A stretch of DNA of 64,000 bases from Scenedesmus sp. PABB004 (GCA_014905635.1 JABVCE010000007.1:310001-374000), one strand, 5' to 3'; shown: positions 47,031-59,365, counted from the stretch's first letter. Numbers and translations: made by a program. Notes: generated by a model not told the origin, from the sequence alone.

Positions 47031-50000
47031 ATGACGGCTTGGACCGAACACGGCGGCGCCGCTGCCGAGCCGCTGCCCGCGCTGCGCCGCGCCAAGCCGC
47101 CGGCGGAGGTGGTGCGCGAGGCGCGGGCCTGGCTAGCGGAGCCCAGCCGCCCGCTCACGCCGGCCGCGGACGGCCGGCGGCTGCTGGGCGGCGCGGCGCG
47201 TGGCGGCGCGCGGCCGTCCACGCCGGCTGCGGTGACCAGGCGCGCTGGGCGGGCGGGCGCGGTCCGGCGAGGCTGCCGCAGACCACCTCCCCCAGACCCC
47301 CAAACCCCCGCCGCCGCCGCCGCAGCTGGGACTTTGCACAGCCACGCTGTGGCGCCGCCGGCGGGCCGTGGGGCGCGCCACCGCCGGCCTGCGTGCCGTG
47401 GCGCGCGAGCAGCGGCTCAGTGCGTGGCGCTGCCGACGTTTGGCGCGCCGACGGCGCCAGCCCGGAGCCGCCGCGCCGGCCGAGCAGCGGCACGGCAGGG
47501 CAGCCGCCGGCCCAGCTGCCGCCCCTGCCGGCGCGGCTGCCGCCCGCGCCGGGCGCGCGGCCGGCGAGTGCCGCCGCGGCGGGCAAGAGCGCGCCGCTGC
47601 GGCCGAGCAGTGCGCTGGGACGGGGCACGACGGGGGCGGCGGCGGCGCCGCCGACCGCAGCGACGCGCGCGCGCAGCGCGGGAGCAGCTGCGGCCGCGGT
47701 CCAGCCGAGCGAGCCGCCGGCGACGGCACAGCCGAGCGGACGTGCAGCGGGCGCACTGGCCGCGCCGACCGCCCTGGCCCCCGACTGCTGGAGCGGCAGG
47801 AGCAGCTTATGCAGCAGCTCGCGCAGCAGCAGGGCCAGCTGCAGCAGGCCTAGCAGCAGCAGGGCCAGCAGCAGCGGCGGCGGCGCGCAGACGGCAGCAG
47901 CAGCTGCCTCGGCAGCAGCCGCCGAATCGGCCGCAGCGACGGCAGCGGCGGCGGCTGCTGCCGACGATGCGGCCGCCGCAGCCGCCTGGCGGCGGGAGGT
48001 CGGCGCCGTGCTGCCGCAGCTGGCCGCGCTGCCGGTGTGCGCGCCTGACGCCGCGCCGCTGCTGCGGGGCTGCGCGGAGCTGCAGGCGCTTCTCGACGCC
48101 GCCGAGGACCGGCAGCGCCTGGCCGAGTGGCTGGCACCGCCGGCGAGCAGTGCCGGTGAGGCGCGCGGCGGGCTGCTGGACGGCGTGGTCGCCGGCCTCA
48201 TTCGCCTGGTGGACTGCCCGCGGCCAGACGTGCAGGTCAAGGTGTGTGCTGCCGCAGCGCCCGGCGCCGCACGCAGCACGCTCGCCGGCCCGCCAGCGCG
48301 CCCGGCGAGCCTGCAGCACCCCGCCACCCCGCCGGCAGGTCGGGGCGATGCTGCTGCGTGTCCTGCCAGCCCGCAGCGAGCTGCTCCCGCTCGCGGCGCA
48401 GCTGCTGTACGGCCTGGCCAAGGCGCCTGCCAACGACGCGCGCTTCCGGCACCACGGCGCGCTGCGCCCGCTGCTGGCCGCAGCCTGCGCGCTCGCGGCC
48501 CAGCGCGCAGACGCGCCGGGCACGCCGGGCGCGCCGGACGTGCCGGGCGGGCTGGGCCAGGCCCAGCGCACCGCGCGCCCCGGGCACGAGCCGCTGCCGC
48601 TCCTGCTGGGCGCGCTGACGCACGTAAGCGGCGACGCCGCCAACCAGCTCGCGCTCGGCCGGCTCGGCGCAGTGCAGACTGTGGCGGGGCTGCTGCGCGC
48701 GCGAGCGGCTGCGCTGCGGGCGACGTGCGGCGCCGCGCCGCCACGGGACGAGGCGGAGCTGGAGCTGCGCGGCGCGGCGCACGAGGCCGCCGCGCAGGTG
48801 TGCGCGGCGGCGGCCGCGCTGCTGCGCAACCTGGCGGTTCAGCCGACGCACGCGCCGCTGTTTGCGGCGGCGGACGGCGGCGGCGCGAGCCCGCTGTCGG
48901 CGCTGCTGGATCTGCTGGAGCTGTTTGAGGCGGACGACGACGTGGCGCTCAACGTCACGCGCTGCTGCGCCAAGCTGTCGCTGCACGGCTGCTGCCGCGC
49001 GGCGATACTGGCGCCGGCGCCGCCGGCCCCACCCGAGCAGCCGCGGCGGCCGGGCTCCGCGCGGCCGCGCACCGCCGACGGCAGCGGCCGCCGGCCCAGC
49101 AGCGGCGGCAGCGGCAGCTCCTGCTGCAGCGCGGGCGGTGGCGTCCCCGCGCAGCAGCTGCAGCAGCCGGCGGCTGTGCCGTGCCTGATGCGCCTGCTGC
49201 TGCGCCCCGCGGCAGCGCAGCCGGCGCAGTGGCCGCTCGTGCTGCGGGCGGCCTTCACGCTCGCCAGCTTGACGACCGAGCACCCAGAGGCGCGGGCCCA
49301 GGTCGCCGCCGCGCCGGGCGGCCTGGAGGGGCTGCTCGCGCTCGCGCTGCGCCTGCTGCCCACCAGCGCGGCGGAGGCCGGCGAGCAGCGCCCCGCGCGC
49401 GAGGTGCTGGTGTGCCTGCTGCGCCTGCTGGGCAACGTCGCCATCGACGCCGCGCTCGGCCCCGGCCTGGCGGCGTCGCCGCGCGCCGCGCAGCTCCTCG
49501 TCGGCGCGCTGGCCGCGCACGCGTTTGAGCCGGGCGGGGAGGAGCTGGTGCTGAACGCGGTCGCTGCCCTGACCAACGTCTCCTTCTGGGCGCCACCGGA
49601 CAACCCCGGCGCGCTGCTGGCGCCGCTGCTGGCGCCGCTGCTGGCGCTGCTGACCAGCGGCAGCGACGAGGCGGCGGCGGAGGGCGCGCGCGCGCTGAGC
49701 AACCTCGCGCGGGGCTCGCCCGCGCTCGCAGCCGAGCTGCTGGGCGCGGCCGGCCGCGGCGGCGGCGACGGCGACAACGGCAGAGGAGCACGTGCTGGAC
49801 CGTTTGTGCTGCAGAGCCTGGTTCTGCTGCTCGGCCACGGCAGCTGGGAGGTGGTGGGCGCGGCCGCCGGCGCGCTGGTCAGCGTCACCAGCGCGCCCGG
49901 CGCCTGGCCGGCGTGCGCGCAGGTGTGTGGGCGGCGGGCAGCCGAAATGGGGGCCTGGCTGCCGCTGGCAGCTGCCGGGGGCACTGGCAGTGACGGCGAG

Positions 50001-50337
50001 CAGCTGCGCGCTGCCCGCCTGCCCGCAGGCGGGGCTGCCGGGCGAGCTGACGGACGTGCTGTGCCGTGTGGCGGCGGCCGGCCTGGGCGAGCAGCGGCCC
50101 TGGGCGCTGGAGGCGACCGAGCTAGTGCTGCAGCTGGCGTCCAACTGCGCGCTCGGCGCCGCGACGGACGGCGCCGGCGCCGACGAGCTTTGCGGCCTGC
50201 GCGACACGCTGTGCGGCGCCACGGGTGCCCTGCTCACAAACGCGCCGCCCGATCGCGCCGACCTCGCCAAGCTTGCGCAGCTAGCGGAGCTGGCGCAGCG
50301 GCGCGTGGCGGCGGCGTGCGAGCGCGGCGCAGGGTGA
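47031..50337 (+). CDS. ARMC2: Armadillo-repeat protein, ARMC2/PF27-like
   Basis: N-terminal AEVVREARAWL...RPLTP...RRLLG resembles the ARMC2 N-terminus as I recall it; ARM repeats LLRNLA, NVTRCCAKLS, LLRLLGNVAI, EELVLNAVAALTNVSF, EGARALSNLAR. Confidence 0.75.
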
Positions 50338-50532
50338 CCTCTCGTCTCGTTCGTGACGCGCCGCGGTTCTGCGGAATGCGGCGCGGCCGCATTCCGCCCA
50401 TTGCGCCTGCCGGTCCCCACCCGTGCAGCCCCGACCAACGCGCGCAGTCGGGCTGACGTAGTGGCCGCGGCAGCAACCGCAGCGCCGGCGGCAGCAGCAG
50501 CGAGCGCGCGCCGCGGCGAGCCAGCCGCAGCC

Positions 50533-52725
50533 ATGGCGCCGGTCGACTGGGAGGCGCGCTGGTCTCGTGAGGCGAAACACAAGCACATGCCCACGCTGCA
50601 GGGTGCGGCGCTTCGGCGCGGCGGCCTCTGCTGCTGGCCGCCCGCCCAGCCGCGCGGCGCCGCTGCCGCAGGCATCGTCTCCCGCTTCGCCGGCACGCCT
50701 GGGCTCATCGGGCTGCACGGTGGGCTGCCGCCTCCGGAGACGTTCCCGTTCGCCGCCTTCGACTGCCGCCTCAGCGCATGCGCCGGCGGCGCCGGCAGCG
50801 AGCAGGCCTCCGCGGCGGCGCAGCAGCAGCAGGGCGTGCTGCGCGTTGACGACCCGGCTCTCGTTGGTACGGCGCAGCAGTACATCATGCACGCGCTGGT
50901 GAGGTCGGTGGGGTTCAGGATGGCGCGGCCGCCCGCAGGGCCACCCGCCGCTGCAGGCGTGGGCCAAGGCGCTGGTCACGGAGCTGCACCAGCCGGCCAC
51001 GCAGCGCGGCGGCGGCGCGGCGGTGGGGCTGGAGGTCGGGCTCACGCCCGGCTCGACCGCGGCGCTGGACGCGCTGGCGCGCGTGCTGCTGAACCCCGGG
51101 GACCCGGTGCTGGTCGAGGAGTTCACGTATCACCACCACCTCGAAGCACACCTGCTGCCGCTCGGGTGCGGCGCCCGGGGCGCAGCTGCGAGGCGCAGCT
51201 GAGAGGCGCGGCTGGCCGCAGACGCGCGCCGCGGCTCGCCTGCCTCTGCCTGAGCCCGCCGCCCGCGCCGGCGCCGACGCCCGCGCAGGTGCGAGCCGCT
51301 GGCGGTGCCGCTGGACGGCTGCGGCATCGTGCCGGCCGCGCTGGACGCGCTGCTCGAGGCGCGGGCGGCGGCGGGGCTGGCGCTGCCGCGGCTGCTCTAC
51401 ACCATCCCCACGGGCCAGAACCCCACGGGCGCGGTGATGGGCCCCGAGCGCATGGCCGTGCTGTACGGCCTCGCGTGCAAGTGGGACCTGGTGGTGGTCG
51501 AGGACGACGCTTACTACTGGCTGCAGTACCCCGCAGGCCCCCACGACGTGCCGGGCCTCGCGCTGCGCCGTGAGTGCCGGGGCGACCCGCGGCGGCGGCG
51601 GCGGCGGCTGCCGCGCCTGAGGCTGCACTCACGCTCACGCGGCTGCACCGCCGCCGCCCCGCCGCCGCCGCGCAGCCGGCTTCCTCTCGCTGGACGTGGA
51701 GGGCCGCGTGGTGCGCCTGGACACGCTCGCCAAGCTGCTGGGCCCCGGCTTCAGGTGCGCAGCAGCCGCGGGGCGCGCCGCCGCCCCAGCGCGCCGGCCG
51801 CGCTCTGGCGCCGACGCCCGCCGCGCCCGCCGCCGGACCCAGGCTGGGCTGGGTGTCGGGGCCGCCCGCGGTGGTGCGCAAGGTTGCCCTCTACCTCGCA
51901 GCGACCAGCGTGGGCGCGTCGAGCCTCAGCCAGGTGCGCGCACCATGCTCCCGCCAGCGGTGGGGAGAGCGGCGTGCTGCCCACGGTGCCCTGCCGCGCC
52001 TGCCAACGCACGGACGCGCGTCGCGCCCGCCGCGCCGCCGCAGGTGCTGGTGCACCAGCTGCTGGAGCAGTGGGGCCGCGCCGGCCTGGACGCGTACGTG
52101 CGCCGCCTGCAGCGCCGCTACGCGGAGCAGGCCGCCGCCGCGGACGCCGCCGCGGCGCGGCACCTTGCCGGCCTCGCCGAGTGGCGGCCGGTCGCGGCGG
52201 GCATGTTCATGTGGGTCCGGCTCACAGGTGGGCCTGCGCCGGCCCGCGCCGGCGCTGCGCTGGCCCTGCGCGGCCGACGGAGCGGCCGCGCAGCCGGCGC
52301 CGCCCGTCGCCCTCACGCCGTGCGCGCTCGCCGCCGCCACAACGGCAGCACCCGGCGCGGACTCGAGCGGCCTGATGGTGGCTGGCTCGGCCGAGGGCGT
52401 CCTGGTGGTGCCGGGCCACCTCTCGTCCACCGCGCACCTCACCGCCGCCGCGCGCGCGCGGCGGCGCGCCGGCGGCGGCACGGAGCGGTTGTCGCAGCAG
52501 CAGCAGGCGCAGGCGCAGCAGCAGCAGGAGCCGAAGAAGCAGGAGCAGCAGCAGGAGCAGCAGCAGGAGCAGCAGGAGCTCGGGTCGGCCGAGCTGGCAC
52601 CGTGCCCCTTCTTCCGCGCCTCCTTCGCCAGCGTGGGCGGCGACGAGGCGCTGGACGCGGGCTTCGCGCGGCTGCGGCGCGCGATCCTGCGCTGCCAGGG
52701 CGGCGGCGGCGGCGGTGGCGAGTGA
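50533..52725 (+). CDS. PLP-dependent class I/II aminotransferase (AADAT/KAT II/ARO8-like)
   Basis: LHGGLPPPETFPF, YTIPTGQNPTG, VVEDDAY, LDTLAKLLGPGFR/LGW (PLP Lys), AGMFMWV, FFRASFA. Confidence 0.9.
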
Positions 52726-53013
52726 GGGTGCGCGTGCGGTCGCGCGTCTGGGTCTTGCGGTCGCTGAAACGCGGCCGCGCTTTTGAGTCGTTGAACGCGG
52801 CGCGCCGCCCCCGGCAAGTTGAGCGGTGCCCGGGCTTTCAGGGACGCAGCCAGACCTCCCTGCATGCGCAGTCAGTCAGTCGCCAACACGTTTGCGCCGC
52901 CGCTCTGCAGCCGACCCACGCTGCCGCTGCCTGCCCGCTGCTGCCCACCTTGCGGCCGTCTCGCTCGCCTGCATCGCGCACCGCATCTGGCATGCCGTCG
53001 TGGGCCCCTTAGC

Positions 53014-54962
53014 ATGCTCGGGGCGGCGCTGCGGTGCCCGCGCGCGGCGGCAGCAGCAGCGGCGCTCACAAGCGGCGCACGGGCGGTCGCGGTCGCGCCC
53101 AGGGCCGCTGCGTCACGGCCCATGGCCACGCAGGCGCAGGTGCAGAGCCGCAGCGGCGGCGGTGCGCGGCAGCCGCGCGGTGGGGCCGCCCAGCGCGCCG
53201 CGCCGACCGACCTACCGCGGCCGCGCAGGTGGCGGCGGGCGCCGCGGCCGGCGGCGCCGGCGACGCGCCCCCGCGGCGGGCGCGCGTGGCGGTGGGCCAG
53301 ATGACCAGCGTCGGGGACCAGGCGGCCAACTTTGAGACCTGCCGGCGCCTGGCAGAGGTGCGGGCCCCGCACCCCGCGCGGCTGGCCGCGCCGCTGGCCG
53401 CGCTGCGCTGTCACCGCCGTCACCGCCGCCGACGCCGGACCTGCCGCAGCAAGCCGCCGCGGCGGGCTGCTCGGTGCTGTTCCTGCCCGAGTGTTTCTCA
53501 TTCATTGGCGCCAGCCAGCCAGAGGTGCGGCGGGGCGTGCGCCGCGCGGGCGGCAGCCGCGCCGCGAACCGGCGGGCCGGCCACCTCAAGCCCTGCTTGC
53601 ACCCCGCCCATCCTGCCGCCCGCGCCGCCGCCGGCAGTCGCTGGCCAAGGCGGAGCCGCTGGACGGCCCGGCCATGGCGCGCTACCGCCAGCTGGCGCGG
53701 TGCGGCGCGCGGCGGGCGCGGACGGGGGCGCCGCCGCCTGCGGGGCGAGGAGGCCCTGGCGCTCGCCGCGACAACCCCCGCTGCCGCCTCACCGCAGTGA
53801 CACGGGGCTGTGGCTGTCGCTGGGAGGCTTCCAGGAGGTGGGGCCCGACCCGGAGCACCTGTGAGCGAGCGCGGGCGCGGTGCCGCCGTGCGCCGCCGCG
53901 CCGCGCGCGCCCGCCGAGCCGCCGGCGAGCGCCAAAACGCCCCGCCCTGCCCCGCGCCGCGCGGCGCAGGCACAACACGCACGTGGTGCTCGATGCCGAC
54001 GGCGGCACGGTCGCAGCGTACCGCAAGGCGCGGCGGCCTCCCAGCAGCGCTGCGAGCGCTGCCGAGCCCCACGCCGCGCGCCGGCCCGCGCCGCGCGCCG
54101 CCGTGGCCGACCCCGCATCGCCTGCGCGCTGCGCGCCGCGCAGGTGCACCTGTTTGACGTGGACGTGCCAAACGGGCCTGTGCTCATGGAGTCACGCACC
54201 ACCGCGCCCGGGCGCGAGGTGCGGCGGCGGCGCGGCGGCGCGGCGCGCGCCGCGGCCCCCGCCAACTCGCTGCCTGCCGCCGCCGCCGCCGCCGCCGCCG
54301 GCGGCGCGCCGGCGCGCCAGCTGGTGGCGTGCGACAGCCCCGCGGGCCGCCTGGGGCTGTCTGTCTGCTACGACCTGCGCTTCCCCGAGGTCTATCAGGC
54401 GCTCACGTGGCACCGCGGCGCGGAGGTGCTGCTCGTGCCGTCGGCCTTCACCAAGGTCACTGGTGCGGCGGCGGCGCGGCGCGCTCTGCCCCGCGGCGCA
54501 CGGCCCCGCGGCAGCGTTAACGCAACGTTGCGCGGCGCGCCACGCCTGCCGCCGCCACGCCCGCGCCCGCGCAGGCGCGGCGCACTGGGAGGTGCTGCTG
54601 CGCGCGCGCGCGGTCGAGTGCCAGGCGTTTGTGGTCGCGGCGGCGCAGGCGGGCGTGCACAACGAGCGGCGGGAGAGCTACGGCCACTCGCTCGTCGTCG
54701 ACCCCTGGGGCACGGTGATCGCGAGGCTTGACGACCCCCACGCCACGGGTGCGCGCGCGGGGCCGGCAGGCGTCGTCGCAAGATTGCCGCAGCGCGGCGC
54801 GGAGCGGCCCGCAGCACCCGCCGCCGCCGCGCCGCGCGCGCCCCCGCAGGCATCGCCGTGGCGGAGCTCGACTTTTCTGCGCTCGCCGCGGTGCGCGCCA
54901 AGATGCCGATCGCCGAGCACCGGGCGCGTGGGCGCGCGCTGCTGGCGGGGCAGCTGTGCTGA
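53014..54962 (+). CDS. NIT1: Nitrilase-superfamily amidase, Nit1 (deaminated glutathione amidase)-like
   Basis: Glu-Lys-Cys triad: [62 protein letters not shown]; second in-frame ATG at 53122. Confidence 0.92.
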
Positions 54963-55372
54963 GGCTGCTGGGCTGCGCGGGGGTGGTTGGGCCCGTGCCG
55001 GTTACTGCCCCCTTGGCCCCCTCCCTTCGCCGCCTGCTCGGTCACGCCACCACCCGGTCACACGTGCCACACCAGCCGCAGACTGCAGAGTCGACTCTAG
55101 GTCCCCACACGAGACTAGTCTACGTCAGGTCAAACTGGCGGCTCACAGGAGCCCTATGATCACAGCGTCACAGCCGTCACAACCATCAATGAACAGGCTC
55201 GGCGCGCGTGAGAGTCCAGTCCCGCCGCCGGCCGCCACACAGCCGGTCACGGGGGCCGCCACTGCGGGCGCACGCGCGCTTGCACAGCGCAGCGCAGCGT
55301 GCAGCGACGGGCAGCCCGGCCCGCACGCGCGAGCCGGCGTCACCGCTCAGCTCAGCAGCAGCAGGCCGCCGC

Positions 55373-56249
55373 TCACGCCAGGCGGCGGCCCCAGCCGCCG
55401 TAGCCATAGTCGTCGTAGCCGCCGCCGCCGCCGCCGCCGAGCGACGCGCTCTGCGCGGACGCGGCCGCCTGCGCCGCAGAGCCTGCGCGGCAGGTGCGGG
55501 CGGGGCACGCGCGTGAGCGGGGCGGCGCGTGCGCACAGCACCGCGCGCAGCGCGGTCCGCGCGCGGCAGCCCCAGCGCGCCGCTGCAGCAGCCACGCACC
55601 TCCCCAGCCGTTGGAGCTGCTGAACGCGTCGGCGCTCGCGCCGGCGGCGCTGCCGCCCCAGCCGCCCAGGGAGCTGGACGACGCGCGCGCGGCGGCCGAG
55701 GCGGAGGAGCCGCCAAAGCCGCCAAAGCCCCACTGCAGCAGCTTGCGGCCCCAGCCGCCGGCCTGCGCCTGCGCCTGGGCCTGCGACTGGGACATGCCGC
55801 CCATGCTCTGGCTCTGCGCCTGCGCCTGCGCTTGCGCTGCGGGGCGGGCAGCGCGTGCGCGGGCGGCGGTGGTGAGCGGCGGCGCAGCGCGCAGGCGCAG
55901 GCGCGGCCGGCCGCCGGCCCCCAGGCCGCGCCTGCCGCGGCGGGCCGCGCACCTCCCGCGCCGCCGCCGCCGCCCATGGCCTGCGACTGCGCCTGGGCCT
56001 GGGACATGCTGCCGCCGCCGCCCCAGCCGCCGAGACCCGAGCTCTGCGACTGCGCCTGCGCCTGCGCCTGCGCGGCCGAGGAGCCGCCGCCCCAGCCGCC
56101 ATAAGAGGGACGGTACCCGCCTGTGTGTGTGTGTGCGTGCGCGTGCACGGGGCAGAGGGCGGGGCGGGGGTGTGTCAGCGGGCGCGTCGGCGAGTCGCGG
56201 GCTTAGACCTTAAACCCTGACCGGGGGCCGGGTTCTAGGGAGACCGGGC

Positions 56250-56284
<35 letters not shown>

Positions 56285-57110
56285 TCGCCGCGCGCGCGCG
56301 CTCACCGCCGTAGCCGCCCCAGCGGTTGCCGTAGCCGCCCCAGCCGCCGTGGTGGCCCCACCCGCCCCACTGCAGCATCTTGCGCCCGCCGTAGCCGCTG
56401 CCGTACATGGGCCCGGGGCCGTACATGGGCTGGGGGCCGTACATCATCGGCTGCATGGGGCCCATCGGGCCCCAGGCGCCGGCCATCGGGGGCGGGCCGT
56501 CGTAGGCGGTGCGCGCGACCTGGCCGTTGGGCAGGAGCGTGGCCATCTCGGTGCGGCCGTTGACCGTGTTGGAGGTCATCATCGTGCTCTGGCCCTGCCC
56601 GTTACTGTTGACGCTGGACGAGGACGACATGGTCGTCACCACCGGCGCCTGCGCCTGCGGCGGCGGCACGACCTGCTGCGGCGCGCGCACGGGCTGCACG
56701 GGCGCCTTGGCCTGCGGCTGCGCCGCGACTGGCAGCGGCGCGCGCGGCGGCGGCGCGCGCGGCGGCGGCGGGCGAGGGAGGGCGGCGTCAGGCGGCGGGG
56801 CGGGAGGGGGCACTGCTGCCGGGGGCAGCCTGCAGGGGCGCAGCGTTGAGCGCTGCGCCGCCTCACCGGTCTTGGCGCTGGACGTCGACGCGCCGCCGGC
56901 GCCGTTCTGGGCGAGCGCGCCGGGCGCCGCGGCGAGCAGCAGTACTGCGGGCGGGCGCGCGGGGGGTGATCGTGGAGTGATTCTCACGCGCGTAAGCGTG
57001 CGGCGGGGCCGCCACGCGCGCCGGCGCTGCCGGGAGCTGCTGGCGTCACCGCCGCGGCGGCGGCGCGCACCTGCTGCGACGCAGGCGAGGCGAGCCATCG
57101 CGGGACGCAT
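55373..57110 (-). CDS. Secreted Gly/Ser/Ala/Gln/Trp-rich low-complexity protein with repeated GRK(L/M)LQW and GRRL motifs (6 exons)
   Basis: Signal peptide [22 protein letters not shown]; all five introns are phase 1; SQAQAQAQ and GGWG repeats. Confidence 0.8.
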
Positions 57111-57285
57111 CGCTCGGAAAGCTCGAGGGAGCACGATACAGCTTTCTGGCTGTCGGGGCGGGCTCGGCGACACGCTGCGCGCCGGGCGGGAAGGACGACG
57201 GATCGGCCGGTGGGCGGGCGGGCCGGAGGGCTCGCGGCTTCTTCGCTGAGCTTGTTTTGCTCTGGGGAGCGTGCGGGAGCGGCGC

Positions 57286-57291
57286 TTTATA
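57286..57291 (-). promoter_or_regulatory. Putative TATA box of the secreted protein gene
   Basis: TATAAA on the minus strand about 180 nt upstream of the ATG, in very GC-rich DNA. Confidence 0.55.
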
Positions 57292-57578
57292 GCCCGGCGA
57301 AGGCGAGCGCCAGCTTCCGATCGATAAACTGAACGCTCGATAACCTGCATGGAAGCTGGTCGCAGCAGCACGGCGAGGCAACTCCAGCTGCTCATCGCCG
57401 TCACCGCAGCTGCTCATCGCAATCACCGAGCTTACACCAGCCAGTACGCGCCAACTCGAGCGCCGGCACGCCGCGTGCTGCCCTCCCCGGCCGCGACGGC
57501 CGGTGTGTACTGCTGCTGCCGCGGCGGGTGACCTCAGGGCGGCGGCCTCAGGGCAGCCCAGGGCGGTCGCAGCTCACC

Positions 57579-59029
57579 TCACTCGGCCAGCAGCCCCGGC
57601 GCGCAGTCGGGCAGGAAGGCGTTGGTGGCGAGGGCGGACGCCACGACCGCCTCGCGCGGCAGCGGCGCGCCGGCGCCGCCGCCGCGCATCTCCGCCAGGC
57701 TCGCCAGCCCCGCGCCCGGCCGCCGGCTCTGCGCGTGCTCGGTCAGCAGGCCCTCCGCGGCGAGCCAATCCAGGAAGGCATCCCACGCGCTCGCGCGCAT
57801 CACGCCCCACGCGCCGCGGCCGTCCAGGTAGGCCGGCGCCACCGCTGCCTGGCTCTCGGCGACCATGCCGCGCTCGAGGCCCTCCGCCGCGCCGGCGACC
57901 GCGAGCAGCGCGTCCACCGCGTCGCCGGGGTGCGCGGCGGCGTGCGCGTAGCCGCGCGCCGTCGCCGCGAGGAACGCGCGCACCGCGTCGCCCTGACCCG
58001 CGAGCGTGTCGGGGTGCGCCGCGAGCACGGGGGAGTAGCCGTACGGGATGCCCGCGCCGGCCAGCTTGAACACGCGCAGCTCCACGCCCGCGCGCGCCGC
58101 CGCCACGCCCTCCCACGGCATGAACACCTGCCGCCGCGGGCGGCGGCCGCGGGGGCAACACGGCTCGGCAGCTCAGCCGTGGCGGCAACGGCTCAGCCGC
58201 GGCGGCTCAGCGCCCCCGCGCCCGCGCGCGCGAGCGTCGCTGCGCGCGCACCCAGGTCGCGTCGGCCTCGCCCGCGATCAGCGTGTCCCAGATGCCCAGC
58301 ATGGGCGGCGTGAGCTCCTCAAACTCGCCCCGCCCGCCGTCGGCCCGGATCAGCGCCTGCACGATGCGCGACTCGTAGCTGCGCGCGAGGCGCAGGGCGG
58401 CGAGGCGCGGCGGCGGCGGGGGCGGCGGTGGGGGCCTCGCGGCCTCACCGGCCCGACGTGCGGGCGCGCGGCGTACGCGCGCGGTCGGCCCCGCTCCCTC
58501 GGCCGGCGCCGCCGCAAGCAGCCCAGAGCGGCGGGCCTGCCGCCCCCGTCGCTGCCGCCGCACCGGGCCGCGTAGGAGGCGTAGCGCTTGCCATCCAGGT
58601 CGCGCGGGCGGGCGATGCCGCTCGACGCGAGCGCCACGACCGCGCTCTCGTCGCGCTGCAGCAGCGCCGCGACGGCCACGATCTTGGGCTTGGCGCCGCC
58701 GGGCCAGGTCGCGTGGGAGATGACCGTCTCGCTCGGCACGACCGCGAGCGCGGCCGAGCCGTCGGCGAGGCGCGACGCGGGCGTGGTCTGCGCGGCGGCG
58801 GCGGCGGTGGCGCGGCGTCGGGGGAGAGAGGACAGGCGGAGTTTGCCAGCGGCCATGTGTGGCCGTGCCTCGCGCGCGCGCGCACCTTGTAGCCGTCCAC
58901 GCTGGGCGAGAGCAGCTCCACGTCCAGCCCGGCGTCCGCATACCAGCCGCGGTGCAGCGCGAGCGCCATGCCAGAGTGGTTGGTGTTGAGCGTCCAGTCC
59001 AGCGCGACGGTGAAGCGCGTGCGCGCCAT
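57579..59029 (-). CDS. NMT1/THI5-like (ThiY/SsuA substrate-binding fold) protein
   Basis: VALDWTLNTNHSG, GWYADAGLDVEL, RPRDLDGKRYASY, GEADATW/VFMPWEG, IPYGYSPVL, FLAATARGY, ATNAFL; 3 introns. Confidence 0.85.
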
Positions 59030-59365
59030 GGCTGCTGCGCCGGCTGGCTGCCGCTCCCGCTGCCGCCGCTGCCGGCGCTCCCGCCGCTGCCGGCGCTGCT
59101 GCCGCTGCCGATCTGCACGCTGAAGGCAAAAGAAACCAGAATCTGCGCTGCTCCAGGCGCGGCAGGGCGCGGCGTGCGGCGGGGCGCGCAGGGCGGGCGG
59201 CGGCGCAATCTGCTGCTGGCGCTGCTGCCAACGAGAGCAAGCAACGGGAGCGGCTGCGGGCGCGATGCGTGGCGCGATGAGTGGCTGGCCGACAGGCGCG
59301 CAGGCCGGCGATAGCACGCAGCCGGGCAGCCCAGAACCGCGCAGCGAGCGTCACACTCGCCGAAG

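Noticed and set aside
57111..59365. TPP riboswitch associated with the THI5-like gene
   Set aside because: I could not find the CTGAGA...ACCTG...TAAT..C.GCG.AGG core in the UTRs or introns by eye; an Infernal RF00059 search would be decisive
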